Below, piece by piece: positions 36,223-47,600 of a DNA stretch of 64,000 nucleotides; within the stretch, counting starts at the first letter, position 1; each line of letters opens with the position of its first letter. The position numbers and the translations under genes were made by a program. The stretch comes from Eutreptiella sp. 'Long Island Sound 2002' (Eukaryota; Protista; Euglenida): the NCBI GenBank assembly GCA_964036045.1, contig OZ038378.1:173290001-173354000 (forward strand), written 5' to 3'. Under the pieces are notes generated by a model. It did not search any database, had not been told where the DNA came from, and worked only from the letters and a program-made list of their open reading frames with translations.

Positions 36223-37028
36223 GCGGGTGGGACAGGAGGGGGTGCGCGACAGGGGCACCCAGCAGCGCCAAAAGACAGGGGGAGGAGCAACACAGACACA
36301 CAGAACGCGGGAGCCACACCAGGAGGGACAAGGGCGAGCACAGCAAACAAGGAGGAGGGGCACAGCAAGGCAGGAGAGGCAACCAGAACAGCGGGAACAG
36401 GGAACCAGAATGGAGCGGATGGCAGAGCATGCGCATGGGAGGCAGCAACAATAAAGGGGATGGTTTGGCCAGCCAGTCCCGTCGCTACCGGATGCCAGGG
36501 CAACCCCTGCTCAACCGGCATCAGGTGGGGGCTGTCTCCCGCAGCCCAGACGGGCTGTTTGCGCAATAGGAGCGGGAGCCCATCAGGGGCAGACCAGCCG
36601 TGAGGGGGAAAAGGACATATGGTGGACGGCCGGGACAACGCATGGAGGAACAGGGCACCTGGGCCTCACGCAAACAGAAACACAGGTTAGGGTTAGGGCG
36701 AAACACAGCGAGGCAGGTTATGGACGGCCTGTGGACAGAGGCGCGTGGACAGCAAAAACAGTCAAACGACCCCCGCAACAGCCAGCACATCCTCAATATG
36801 CCAACTACTGGGCGCCGTTGACGCGCAAACGGCACACCATGCCACATTCAGCACAGCCCCAACACACCAACTACTGGGCTCCACGAAAGCGGAAACGACA
36901 CCAGCAAGAGCACCGGCCGCAGCGGCCGACAGAAAGCAGCAACCCGACGCAACATGCAAAGGGAAGAACGGGTGACTGTCCAGGGCCCCGTAAAGGAACA
37001 GCAACCAGACGGAATATCACACGGGGGG
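36223..37028 (+). repeat. Repeat family A, long copy (kinase intron 3), carrying a telomeric-repeat insertion
   Basis: Inverted partner of 30490-31273; extra GTTAGGGTTAGGGC at 36686-36699. Confidence 0.92.
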
Positions 37029-37650
37029 GGGGGCTGGGTGCCTGCCTTGTTCGGAAAGTGGGGGCCTCCTTCAGCTGGACCCCCCCCCCCCCCCTGGGCG
37101 TTGGGGGTAGGCCGCTGCTGCGTTGGTGGGTGGGTGGTGGGCCCTATATTCGCGGCGCCAAAGGCGCCGAACATTTTTTTCTTTGTATTTTCCCTTTTGT
37201 TGATCAGTTGGTGGGTGAGTGCCTGCCTCCTTCCCCCGTACGAGGGTTTCACATCTCTGTACGACGTGGACTGTCCCGTGCACGGTTGGCTGGTCACGGC
37301 CCTGTTGCCACCCCCCCCTTTTCCCCCTCGGGAGGAGGGTTCACCCTGCACTAAGCAAAGGCCTGGTCGGGACCCCTGCCGGGCCCCGGTTTCCACCGAA
37401 AACCCCAAAACTGCTTCAAACGGCATTCTTGGGACCAGCGCGTCGACGTGAGGCAGACCACCGGTGCGTTGACCCCCGTTGGACGGCAAAGTGCCCCCCC
37501 ACTCTGGGCGAGCCAGACCCCCGGCGCCGACTGCAGACACCCGGTCTCCAACCAGCGCCGTCCCACCACCGCCCTCCAATTGGGTCACTTGTCGGTGGGA
37601 TCCCTCTCCCCGACCCCTTCCCCGGCCCGCGCCCAGGCCCTGAGGCACAC

Positions 37651-37887
37651 CAGTCCGTGTGCACGATGTACTGCTTGCGGCCGTTGTCCTTGATCCAGGC
37701 AAACCCGAACCGATGCCGCTCGATGCAGGCGTGCAGCATCGCGGCGGACAGGGCCATCTTCAGCGCCGCGGCCTGCGACACGTTCCGCGCCAGCTCCTCC
37801 GAGAACTCCCCGCGGTCCCCGAAGCGGAACACGACCCAAGAGCCCTCGGGCTTGAAGCACGAGCCGTAGGGGGCCTGCAGACCGTAC
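37651..37887 (-). CDS. PKDCC/POMK-like kinase, exon 3 (hinge, alphaE, catalytic loop)
   Basis: CTCAG|GTAC phase-2 acceptor; YGLQAPYGSCF...LKMALSAAMLHACIERHRFGFAWIKDNGRKQYIVHTD(W); donor TG|GTGTGC. Confidence 0.8.
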
Positions 37888-39489
37888 CTGAGCACGACGA
37901 GGGGGGGCAGAGGCAGAAACAGAGGCAGGGGCATGGGCGGAGGTAGCGGCAGTGGCAGAGGCACGTGGAGTGGCACGGGATCAGTGGGGGCAGGGGCGGG
38001 GGCACGAGGCAGGCGGATTAGAGCCCATGAGTCAGCACAGGCACGGGGTACTGGGGGGACGACTTTGCACTGCGTCGTGCGAGTTGTCGCGGGAACCCAC
38101 GGTGCAAACCCATGAAAACCACGACCTCCGAGGGCACACACAAAGAAAATGCGTCGAACCACAACGCGTCACCATCATCGCCTTCGTCGGGGGTACCCTC
38201 ATCCGCCCATGGTCCATGACCCTGATTTGTACCGCGGGGCTGAGTGAGGCCTGGTGCACGGAACCGGTGCCTCCGCGCGCACTGAGTGCAATGGCGTCCC
38301 CTGGGCAGGCTGAACAAAGTGCGTATGGCGGGGGAAGTAGCCCGGGAGGCTTCCAGGCCACGAATCACAAAGAGCCAGCCCCCCCCCTGGGCGTGAGCCC
38401 TCGTGCCGTTCCCTGGGGGGCACGCCATCACCCACGAGGCAGGGCACGTCATGCAGGACATATGGAAAATGACCGTCCATCTGCGCTGTGTTCCGCATTC
38501 CAGACGACTCCTGTTTCCCGCCACCGCCGTGGCATTCGTGAGGACACATGCAGACGCTCACATGCCCGTGAGGGTACCCGGGGGGGTTGCCCATGCAGCA
38601 CTTGACGGCACGCTTGGGGGTGCCCACGCAGTTGTGCACTCCGCACTTTCTGTGTGCGAGCCGTGCGGTTAGGGGCGTCCGGAGGGGGGGGGGGGGGTAC
38701 GCCAGGGACACGACATGAGTCGGTCTGTGACGCTGGATGTCGGTCATCAGGAGTGCTCAGCAACAAACAACATCGACTGCCATGCTGCACTGCCCTACGT
38801 ACCAGGCCACCGCCCCCCTGGTCACATGCACGATGCATTCCCACCCTTTACCCGACGAACACGGCTGACTTCCTGAAACGTCTCCCTTTGAGTGGGTGCC
38901 GTCGGTAATCCCATCGCAAGACAAGAGGTTGACGGTTCGCCGTTCGCTCCTTCCGCTTCTGCTGCAAAGAGCACACCAGCGCCTCTGGGGGCCTCGACCA
39001 ACTTCTTTTGGCCGAGCCCCTGTTGTCCGGCACCGTTTGGCTGCTGCTGTGAAGATAGCCCTCTTCCCCAGGGATGTGCTTGTCCACGGCCATGACGTCA
39101 GGTTTTGAAATGACCAGCATGATCCAGACCTCATGCCAGACTCACTCAGGTCAATCCACTGCAACGTCGCACAACCACGAATGTGTTGCCATGCTGCTCC
39201 CATGCTCATCCACGGGGGAGGGGGGTGGGTGGGATCTGGCGGACCCCCCCCCCCCAGGCCATACCACCACCCACGCAAAACAAAAACAATTTTCCTCGAG
39301 GGAAAAATGAAATTTTGAATAGAGCCAAAAATGAGAGGCCCATTTTAGGTACACAAACCTTTTCTTGCGCTCATCCCCTCACCCCCCCCTGTCCCGTAGG
39401 CCGAAGACTAAGCGCCGTCCTGCGCTTCCCATGACCCCCGCCCCCCCAAATCCGAGCACAGTCCAGTCCTCACCCCAGGGACGCCATAC

Positions 39490-39793
39490 GTGTTGTGCAG
39501 CGCCACGCCGATGTCGTACTCCTGTCGCAGGAACGTGTTGCGCATGTGCACGGGCCACTGCCCCTTAGGCGACTGCACGTGGCCCTTCAGCGCTGAGGAC
39601 TTCAGGGCGAACTTGCGGTCCTGCCACGTGGCGATCACCACCGTTTTGCTGCGCCCGGCCCCAAGGTACTTGCCGTACTTGAGCTGGTCCGATTGGCTGC
39701 AGTTCAGCTCGAGGTCGGGAGGGGGCGCTCGGCAGTACGCGGGGGTGCAGGGGTTGTCCGCAGGCACAACCTTCGGGGGTCTCCATTGCTCAC
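39490..39793 (-). CDS. PKDCC/POMK-like kinase, exon 2 (Gly loop, VAIK lysine, alphaC)
   Basis: CCAG|GT phase-1 acceptor; C..C...NC...KYLGAGRSKTVVIATWQDRKFALK...FLRQEY; phase-2 donor AC|GTATGG. Confidence 0.82.
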
Positions 39794-41150
39794 CTGGAGC
39801 AACAGGCAGGGATGTACCAGAAGAGAGGAGGGGGGTGGGGAGGAGGTCCGGAACCGAAAAATTTGTGTACCAAAAATAGCCCACATCAACATGTTCTTTT
39901 GTGAATTTCGTTTTTTCCCACTATGACATCTGCCCCCCCCCCCCCCCCCTCCTATAGTTATCAGCCGTTCCAATATATCCCTGGCAACAGGGTTTCATAG
40001 TGGGGGAAAGGGGGGATGCCCCATGAAGGCTCGGTTGCGCACCGTTTTGTACAACTGACCACCAGTGCCATCTCTTTTGTGCAACCTGCTTTTCTTGATC
40101 GAGGCCATTCGTGGGGTGGGATGGGGTGCAGGGGGATGGGGGTTGGGTGCAGTTTGGTGTGTGAGAGAGGAATGCATGTCCCGCTGCTTACCATTGCAGC
40201 CTTCTGCCCCTGGGAGCACCGGCAGGGGTCAATGCAGTTGTTCCCAAATCGTGAATTTTGGTGAGTGCTCTCCACCGGCCTCGTTTATTTGAGGCCATGA
40301 TGTCAGGTTTTGAAATAACCCGCATGATCCTGACCTCATGCCAGACTCACTCAATTCGATGTTCGCAGATTGTTTTGCCTTGCTGCCACTGCAGCGGAAA
40401 CCAGACCAGTGCCGAATGTTGCCTTGAGTTCACCACACGAGGCGGCTATCGATTGTTTCTTGGACTGTCTGGGTCAGCTCTTCCACCTCCCACGGCCAGT
40501 CTGTATTTTGTTGCGTTTTGTACAATTCCGGATTTGGAGGCAGGTCTGTCGGCTCCCTTATGGACCATTAGAACACCTTGGTCCTCATGTATGGAAGACT
40601 GCTGATGCAAGCAACTCAGCTGCCATGCAAAATGATGGAGCGGATGAGGTTGAGGTCTGTGCATTGTGCTGCCAAAAGCACATGACCACACTTTGTGGTG
40701 TATGTAATGAGAATTATTGCGCACAGTGTATTCACCCACACACTACTGGGGACAAAACTGTTGATTAGGCACAATGCATGTCACGCTTGTAGTTCAAAGC
40801 GAATTCACAGATTTGTCTTATGCTGCGTGCTCTGTAGGGAAGGGTTTGGGGTCGATTGTGGTCTGTTTGGCGGGCTTCTCTAGGGGAGGGTAAAACTAGG
40901 GCTAAAATTAGGATACTTGTATAGAAGTGTGTGCAAACACACCCTCTAAGCCACATTGCATGGAATGACTGCCTGCTTAAAGACAGGGCATATTGCAACC
41001 TCACTTCTTCTGGGGATTCATGGGTGGATAACACTGTGGCCACGCACAGGGACACGCACAATATACACGCACATGTGGACGCACGCACGCACGCATGCAC
41101 ACACACATGCCACCAAAGATATGGGCGAGTGTCACCCTACCCGCACCCAT

Positions 41151-41156
<6 letters not shown>

Positions 41157-41208
<52 letters not shown>
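41157..41208. repeat. (CA)n followed by (CG)n microsatellite
   Basis: Visible dinucleotide run. Confidence 0.9.
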
Positions 41209-41209
<1 letters not shown>

Positions 41210-41445
41210 GTGTGCACGCTAATATGCGTCTGGTCCGGTTTGCCCTGTGTGTTATTGATTTTTTTGTTGACTGATATACACGGAGGGGGACTGTGGAGCA
41301 TTCGATGATTTTCTATGCTGATATCTACTCTGAGAGGCAAGTAAAGCATATGACAGGGTTTGCTGCATGCTTTATCTAAAGACGGGCTTAGTGTGCTAAA
41401 AAGGCAGTCAGACGGGACATACACACACACAGTAGGAACCGGTAC

Positions 41446-41983
41446 CTTTATCAACCATCTCAGACACAGGCAGGCCCGAAGCTGAGTTGGCGGTGTCCGA
41501 CGCTGCGGGCTCCACGCAAACAGGGCCCTGCTCATCCCCTGCACCACCTCCAGCGTGGTTCTGGTTCCCCACGACAGGATCCGTTTGGCCAGCGCCCGGA
41601 ATCGCTGGTCGGGTTGGGGGTCCCGCTAACGCAGCGAGCGACATGTCCTTGTGAGGCTGCTGCACTGGCACCTGCACGTCAGGCTCGCCCACTGCCCTTG
41701 TCTCTTCAAGCGGCCGCTGCTGCACCGGTTCGTGCACTGTGCCGGCCTGCGCTGGTCTGCCGTGCCCGGTCTCCTCATCTGGGGGACGGGGCACATCGCT
41801 GGGCAGCTGTCCCACTGGGGAGCCTTCCGCAGAGGCCCGCGGCACTACCGGAGACTCCTCAGGGTCCGAACGTCGCCTGGCGATGCTGCAGCGGGCCCCG
41901 CACAGCGTCAGAGCGATCTGCAGGCACAGCAGCGCCACCACGATGCACAACACGGCCTTGGCAGTCCATGTCGGCACTGCCAT
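41446..41983 (-). CDS. PKDCC/POMK-like kinase, exon 1 (signal anchor and P/E-rich stalk)
   Basis: Pyrimidine tract + AG at 41993-92, ATG 41983; hydrophobic AVLCIVVALLCLQIALTLC; phase-1 donor AAAG|GTACCG. The spliced CDS is 1416 nt, in frame. Confidence 0.7.
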
Positions 41984-43607
41984 GCATCACACTGCTCACA
42001 AGAAGAGGTGCGCGTCTGAGTGCCAGCGGGCTCGAACATGTAATTCCCAAGTCCCGTGGAGAAAATTCTGCCCAAATAATCTGCACATACCTCAAAAATA
42101 TGCGAAGGTGCTTAAGACTGAAATTTTGCCAGTAGAGCATGGTGGGACATCACTTACTGTCCACCAAAGGATATCATGCTGCCAGGACATGCATCAAGAA
42201 GACCCCACTTGCACGCACAGCCATATGACACACACTCAGATGTGAAGATATGAGATTGTTAGGCACTGGAGTGCAGTATTCAAATTCAAAGTTTTGTATA
42301 ATTGTATTTTCTACAGGCTGGTCGACATTGAGACGGATTTTGGACAGGTTCCATGGGTTTCTTCATACTTCCAAAGACTTTGAGACATCTTTAAAGGGTA
42401 CACGAAGGACTTTTAGAGACCTCTAAAGATCCTTGAGGGCTACAGACTTCTCCTTCTCACATACTCTGTCTGGGCCCACTTCAGTGTCCTAAGAGACCCA
42501 AACTGGGTCACGGGGACTGTTGTTGCACGGTGCGCGCACAGTTAAATGTTTTTGGAATGTTCACCCAACTTTTACCCGTTGAAGGGCCCTCACGAGAATC
42601 AGTTGTAGCAGCTTCAGCATCCACTCCAGGTTTGATCAATGCCTCATTGTGTGGGGGTTGATCTTCTAGTTGGGGGGGCTGGGGGCTTTCAGCAGCCACT
42701 CCAGGTTTTGGGGGGCTCCACCAAAGCATTCATCCAAGCCTCATCGTGCGGGAGTTGTGGGGGCTTGGGGCTTTCAGTGGCTTGGTGAAGAAGGAGTTGC
42801 AATAGCAAACTCCAGCCGCTCCTCTGGGGCATACTCGTGCAAGACCTCAATGACCTCCCAACTTAAACTGAATAGAGATGTGCTGCCCACCTCTTGGATA
42901 AGGGCCAACAATAGTGGCTGGCATCCTCTCCCAGTGGAGCAGCAGTGGTACACAGGCAGACCAGGCAGACCAAGGCAAGCCAGGGCAACTCTGATTCAGG
43001 CAATGTGGATCTGGGGAACAAACAATACCCTAAAAGATGCACGGTGCGCGCACAGTCCATGCAACTCCCCCATGGACCTCAAAATGATCATTGCAATTTG
43101 GTGATCATTTTGAGCTACACATGATGGACACGTTCCTTGCTGTGCCGTGACACCCCAGCCCCTAGCTGTCGCGGCTTGTCACTCCTTGTTGCCAGACCCT
43201 TTGGTTCTTCCCATTAACTGCCAACAGTTTGGCTTTTCGCTACAAAACTCAAACTAATACACCACGTTACTCCCTGTCGCGAGCTACTTGCACATCCAGA
43301 CGCATGAGGTGGGGATGGCACACTCATGGGTTTTCACAGCTGCGCTCTCTACCAACCGCCAATTGGACACTGGGCCCCACTTGAACTGCAAGGTTTTGGA
43401 ATGCAGCTCCTCGAATCCAGTCCAACGCAAACCCTATCTGCCACAGGTTCTCGTGTAGCTCTTCCACCCTATGTCTTCGCATAAGAGGGTGTTGTTGCAC
43501 TGCGCGCGCACCGCGTCTGCCCCATGGCAACTATTAGTGGTCAAACACCGGTGCACCATCCCAAGATGCTCCCACCCAAACAGCCCATAGAACCGTAGAA
43601 AAGCTTA

Positions 43608-44611
43608 CCCCCCCTCCCCTTGCGCAAGCTCTCCACGCAAAACAACGGTTCAACAACGCCCACACCATGCTTAGACAAGGCCGTGCATATGCGCAACATA
43701 CGTGTGAAAGCACTTGCGGACCTCCAACGCTATGCAAAGCATGGTACAACGCACAAGGAACATTCCAAATATCCTAATTGTCCTTATTTGCTGTCGGGGG
43801 CATCAAGTGCCATGGAGTAGAAGCCCTTTCCAACCTTCTGCCTCATCTTGAACAATTGGACATGCTTGCCCTTCGGAAGCGAGTTTCACGGCGGGTTGAG
43901 GCACAGGTTTGGGCTTCCTATTCTTTGGCACAAAACTATCATCCACAATGTCCTTCGCAAAAAGCAGCTTGTCTTCAAAAACATGGCCCAATCCCCATAC
44001 ACCACGGGCTGCTTTTGCTCATCATCCTCCCCAGAATCTAGAATTTGAGGCGGATGAAGAGTCTTCGGAAGTGAGAAGTTCACAATCACAATCAGAATTA
44101 GTCCCCAAATCATCATACAATTCAGAATCAGGCTTCGCAATTGCAAGGTGCTCCCGGCAAAATTGGTGTCCTCCAATTGGCCCAATTTCATGCCATTGGG
44201 AAAAAGAGCTTTTCTCATGGCATTGTGCAACTCATCATCAGAAATTGCAGCCCATGCCTCAGCTACCCACTTGCCAAATTGAGCATGTGATGGATGCGGA
44301 ATAGCATCCGTGCCCCTAAGGTTTTTGGGGTTGGGATGGGTGGTACAATGTTGTTATGAACAGAATGCACAATCACAGACATGATTGGGCCCCTCTTTCC
44401 CTCGATAAGCGTGCCACAAACACCCAATCTTCCATTCAAGACTGCAACAAACAGCGGTCCCAAAATTTCATAAAGATAGCGGTTCAACGCCCACCCCGTG
44501 CTTAGACAAGGCCGTGCTTAGCCATAGAACGACAATGGTCGTCACCCTCCGGAATCACTCCGGGATCTCACACAGTTCAGTGTTAGTGCCGTGCTTAGAC
44601 AAGGTGGGGGG
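43608..44611 (-). mobile_element. Older, decayed pogo-like element related to 2732-3930
   Basis: TA-flanked Cn/Gn termini, GCTTAGACAAGG subterminal repeats, and broken ORF IPHPSHAQFGKWVAEAWAAISDDELHNAMRKALFPNGMKLGQLED...VPKNRKPKPVPQP aligning to the 2985 ORF. Confidence 0.8.
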
Positions 44612-47600
44612 TAGTTGCAAGCATAAGACCAGTCTTCCTAGGTTCTTTTTTATGGCTGAGGATGAATCTCAGAGGCTTCTGGGTGGTTTTCGTTCTTTCT
44701 TGGAGGCCCATTGATGGTTGCAATTACCGGGTGGGTCCCCAGATATACCCAAAGTTTGCACCGTGCGCGCAACGTACATGGGAACCAATCCCGTCCCATC
44801 CCTTCCATGTGTCTGTGGCATCCATGGGCGTCCACACTCAACCAGCCTCAATTCTTACAACACTGCCACATTTTTCACATGCTCCGGCCACACTGAGGCC
44901 CACATCCCAGCAGAGACATGAGGCAGAAGATGCGGGAACTGAGAGAACAGCGTCCTTCCAAAGGGGTGTTGTTGCCTGTGGCAACATGATGAGCCTTGAC
45001 GACTTGTGTGCCACTACATCTGATACCAAGACTCCAACAGGCACAACCAGTCAATGACCCTGTGACTTTGGTGGACAGGCTTGAGCTCCCATGACGCCAG
45101 TCAGTTGACTATCCTTACATGAAAACCCCTTTGCTCATTGACCACATCATTTTGACACCTCTCGGCCAAATGGTCACATTGTCGAGATCCAAGAAGGGCA
45201 TTTTGCTTGTCCCTTTTTCCAATCTCATTGCCTGCACTCACAAAATCAACGCCCACTTCAGTGTCCAAAGGCATCCAAGTCAAGTCACAATTATGCGAAA
45301 TGATGTCCAAACCCACGTTCCCCCTCATGTTAGCCCCTCCCACAAAGGACGAAGGGGCAGGGCTGTGCTTGAGTGACGTGTTGTGTGGGTTGCATTGGAT
45401 TGGGATAACGCCTCTTCCCGTTGTCAGGTTCCCTACAATTAAGATCTCCTCCCCTGCCCACCCCAATGGGGTACCGGCCTGAGTACCTGGTCTTGAGGTG
45501 TGCCAGAAAGCCGACACTCCCCAAACCCGCCATAGCACGTGGCGGGAGACCGCCGTGCCTGTGTGTGTCCCGGGAAGGCTGAACCTTGTGCAGGGTCCTG
45601 CAGGGTCCTGCTCCTACTTCCCTTGTTTCATTGCGTGACAAGGCAGCAGGGGCGTCCATACAGTGTCAGGACGAAGGGCGTATTGTGTGCCCGATGCACT
45701 ACACCCTGCGGGTGAGGCTGGAGCCGAACGCTGAGGCCACGTCGGGCTGACGCGGTGGTTGCTTCCCACGACTGCTCCAGGCACGGGACACAGGGCAATA
45801 CCCCTCCGTGACTGCCTGAGCGCCCAGGCGGGGCGGCTGGTATTGAGCACAGGTATCCCATGACTGAGCCATGCGAGGGCAGTGGCTGTGCTCGGGGTGG
45901 GCGGAGCCTGTGCAAGAGGCGCGTGGTCCTCCCCTCTTCCTAAAGGCCTGTCCAGGGACACGTGCTCACTTGCGTTTCCTTCAAAGACGTTCTGAGGCGA
46001 CTTGAGGCCTCGCCTGGAGAGCACAAGAGAAAAAGACAAGGAAAGTGCAAAGAGAATTGCTCAGACTAAGGGATGCCAAATGGAGAGTTGAGGAAATAGA
46101 AACCAGGGCAACTTGAGCGCAATGGGCAGAAGCACGGGTGAAACAGCGTGACCTGTCCTGTGTGAATCAGGGTGGTCCCAGCAATGTCAAGTAGGTCAGG
46201 GTGCTTCCCGAAGTGGTTAAGGGTGCATCAGGGTTTTATTGGGCTACTGGGGCATTCTGCTTTCGTTGTCCTGGACGCTGTTCACACTGGCGTTGGGGTG
46301 AGGCAGCTGGGGCCAAGAAGCTTGGCAGCCAGCTGCCGTCAGCCCGGCACACCACTACGTGCGGAGTGCGCCGAAGGAACGTTGCAGAGCGACTGTGTGC
46401 TCGTCAGGGGTAACTGAAGTGATCAGGGCGAAAGCAGAGGACTTCAGGGGATTGGGTTAGGGTGTGCCACAGGGTGACTGATCCATAGCGAATCGGGTCG
46501 ATTCCCAGGAATTCTGAAAGAACAAGGGCAAATCGGGTTCAATCGGGGTGGATTCGGGTGGTGCAGGACAGCTGTGCACGGCTGTGCAGGGCGGTGCACG
46601 ACTGTTGGGGCTGCTGGGCTGTGTAGGGCTGTTCTTGAGGCTGCAGGGTGTGGCGGGTTCTGTGGGGGACCGTGAATGTATGGCAGGTAAGGGTGAACGG
46701 TGTGTCGGATGGTGGACATGTACGTAGCATGTGCAAAGAGCGAGGATTATCAGGGTGAGGCGGGGGAAAACCAGAACGTACAGGGCGAACGGTGTACCGG
46801 AAACTTCGGTGTGGTTCGGGGTAGAACAGGGTGAGGCGCGGGGCGTGTGGGGAAGGTGTGGTGTGCGCAGGGTTGGCAGCGGAGAAACACGCATCATTTG
46901 AGGGAGCCGCGAAAATAAAAAACACTGGACTGGGACTGTTTGGGGGCCCGATTCCATCGTAGGATGAGAGCAGCGACTACGTAGTCGCACCTGCAGGCGG
47001 TGTGTTCACCGAGGCGAGAGCTGCCGCCTTTGGGCTGGAGTCTTCATAGGCCTGCTCGTGCTGGGAATGGAACCCGGAGCCTTTCGAACACGAGCGCGGC
47101 GCCCACAGCGCTCGAACACAAAGAGGAGGACAAAATCCTCGAAAGCCAAAGACACGGAGGCAAAAGAAATAGCCCAGGACTGGGAGAGCGGCTTTCCCGA
47201 TGTCCCAGTCCCATACTCCAGTCCAGGCCGACGCGGCATATCAGGAGGGCCCCATCGTACGGAGGGGAAGTCCAGGTGAAGGGCGGTGGGGAGTTGTTCA
47301 GATTCATGAAACCTTGCCGCAGATCAATGATAAGCGCACCAGTCTTCCCCGAACGACCAGTCGCTTTTGCAGTTTTCCCGAAAGTCAAAGAAATCCCCCC
47401 CCCCCCCTCTCCATTGCGCCGCCCACCTCCATGGGCACCCCTTCTCCGCCCCCTCCCTCGCGGCGTTGTTGGATGGCGTGAGAGTGTAGGGCCTACGCAC
47501 AACAACCCTCTCGGACCATCGTTTTTTTCTGACCGCCCTTTTTGTGGTCGAGGGTGTGGGATGACATGGACGAGCCTCGGCTTCGCCCCGGGCCGTGCTT

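Noticed and set aside
47053-47095. tRNA-like minihelix on the minus strand (GCTCGTG...CCGGGTTCCATTCCCAG-CACGAGCA)
   Set aside because: Acceptor-like and T-like stems only, no D or anticodon arms, and a mutated T-loop; not a tRNA gene and could be chance.
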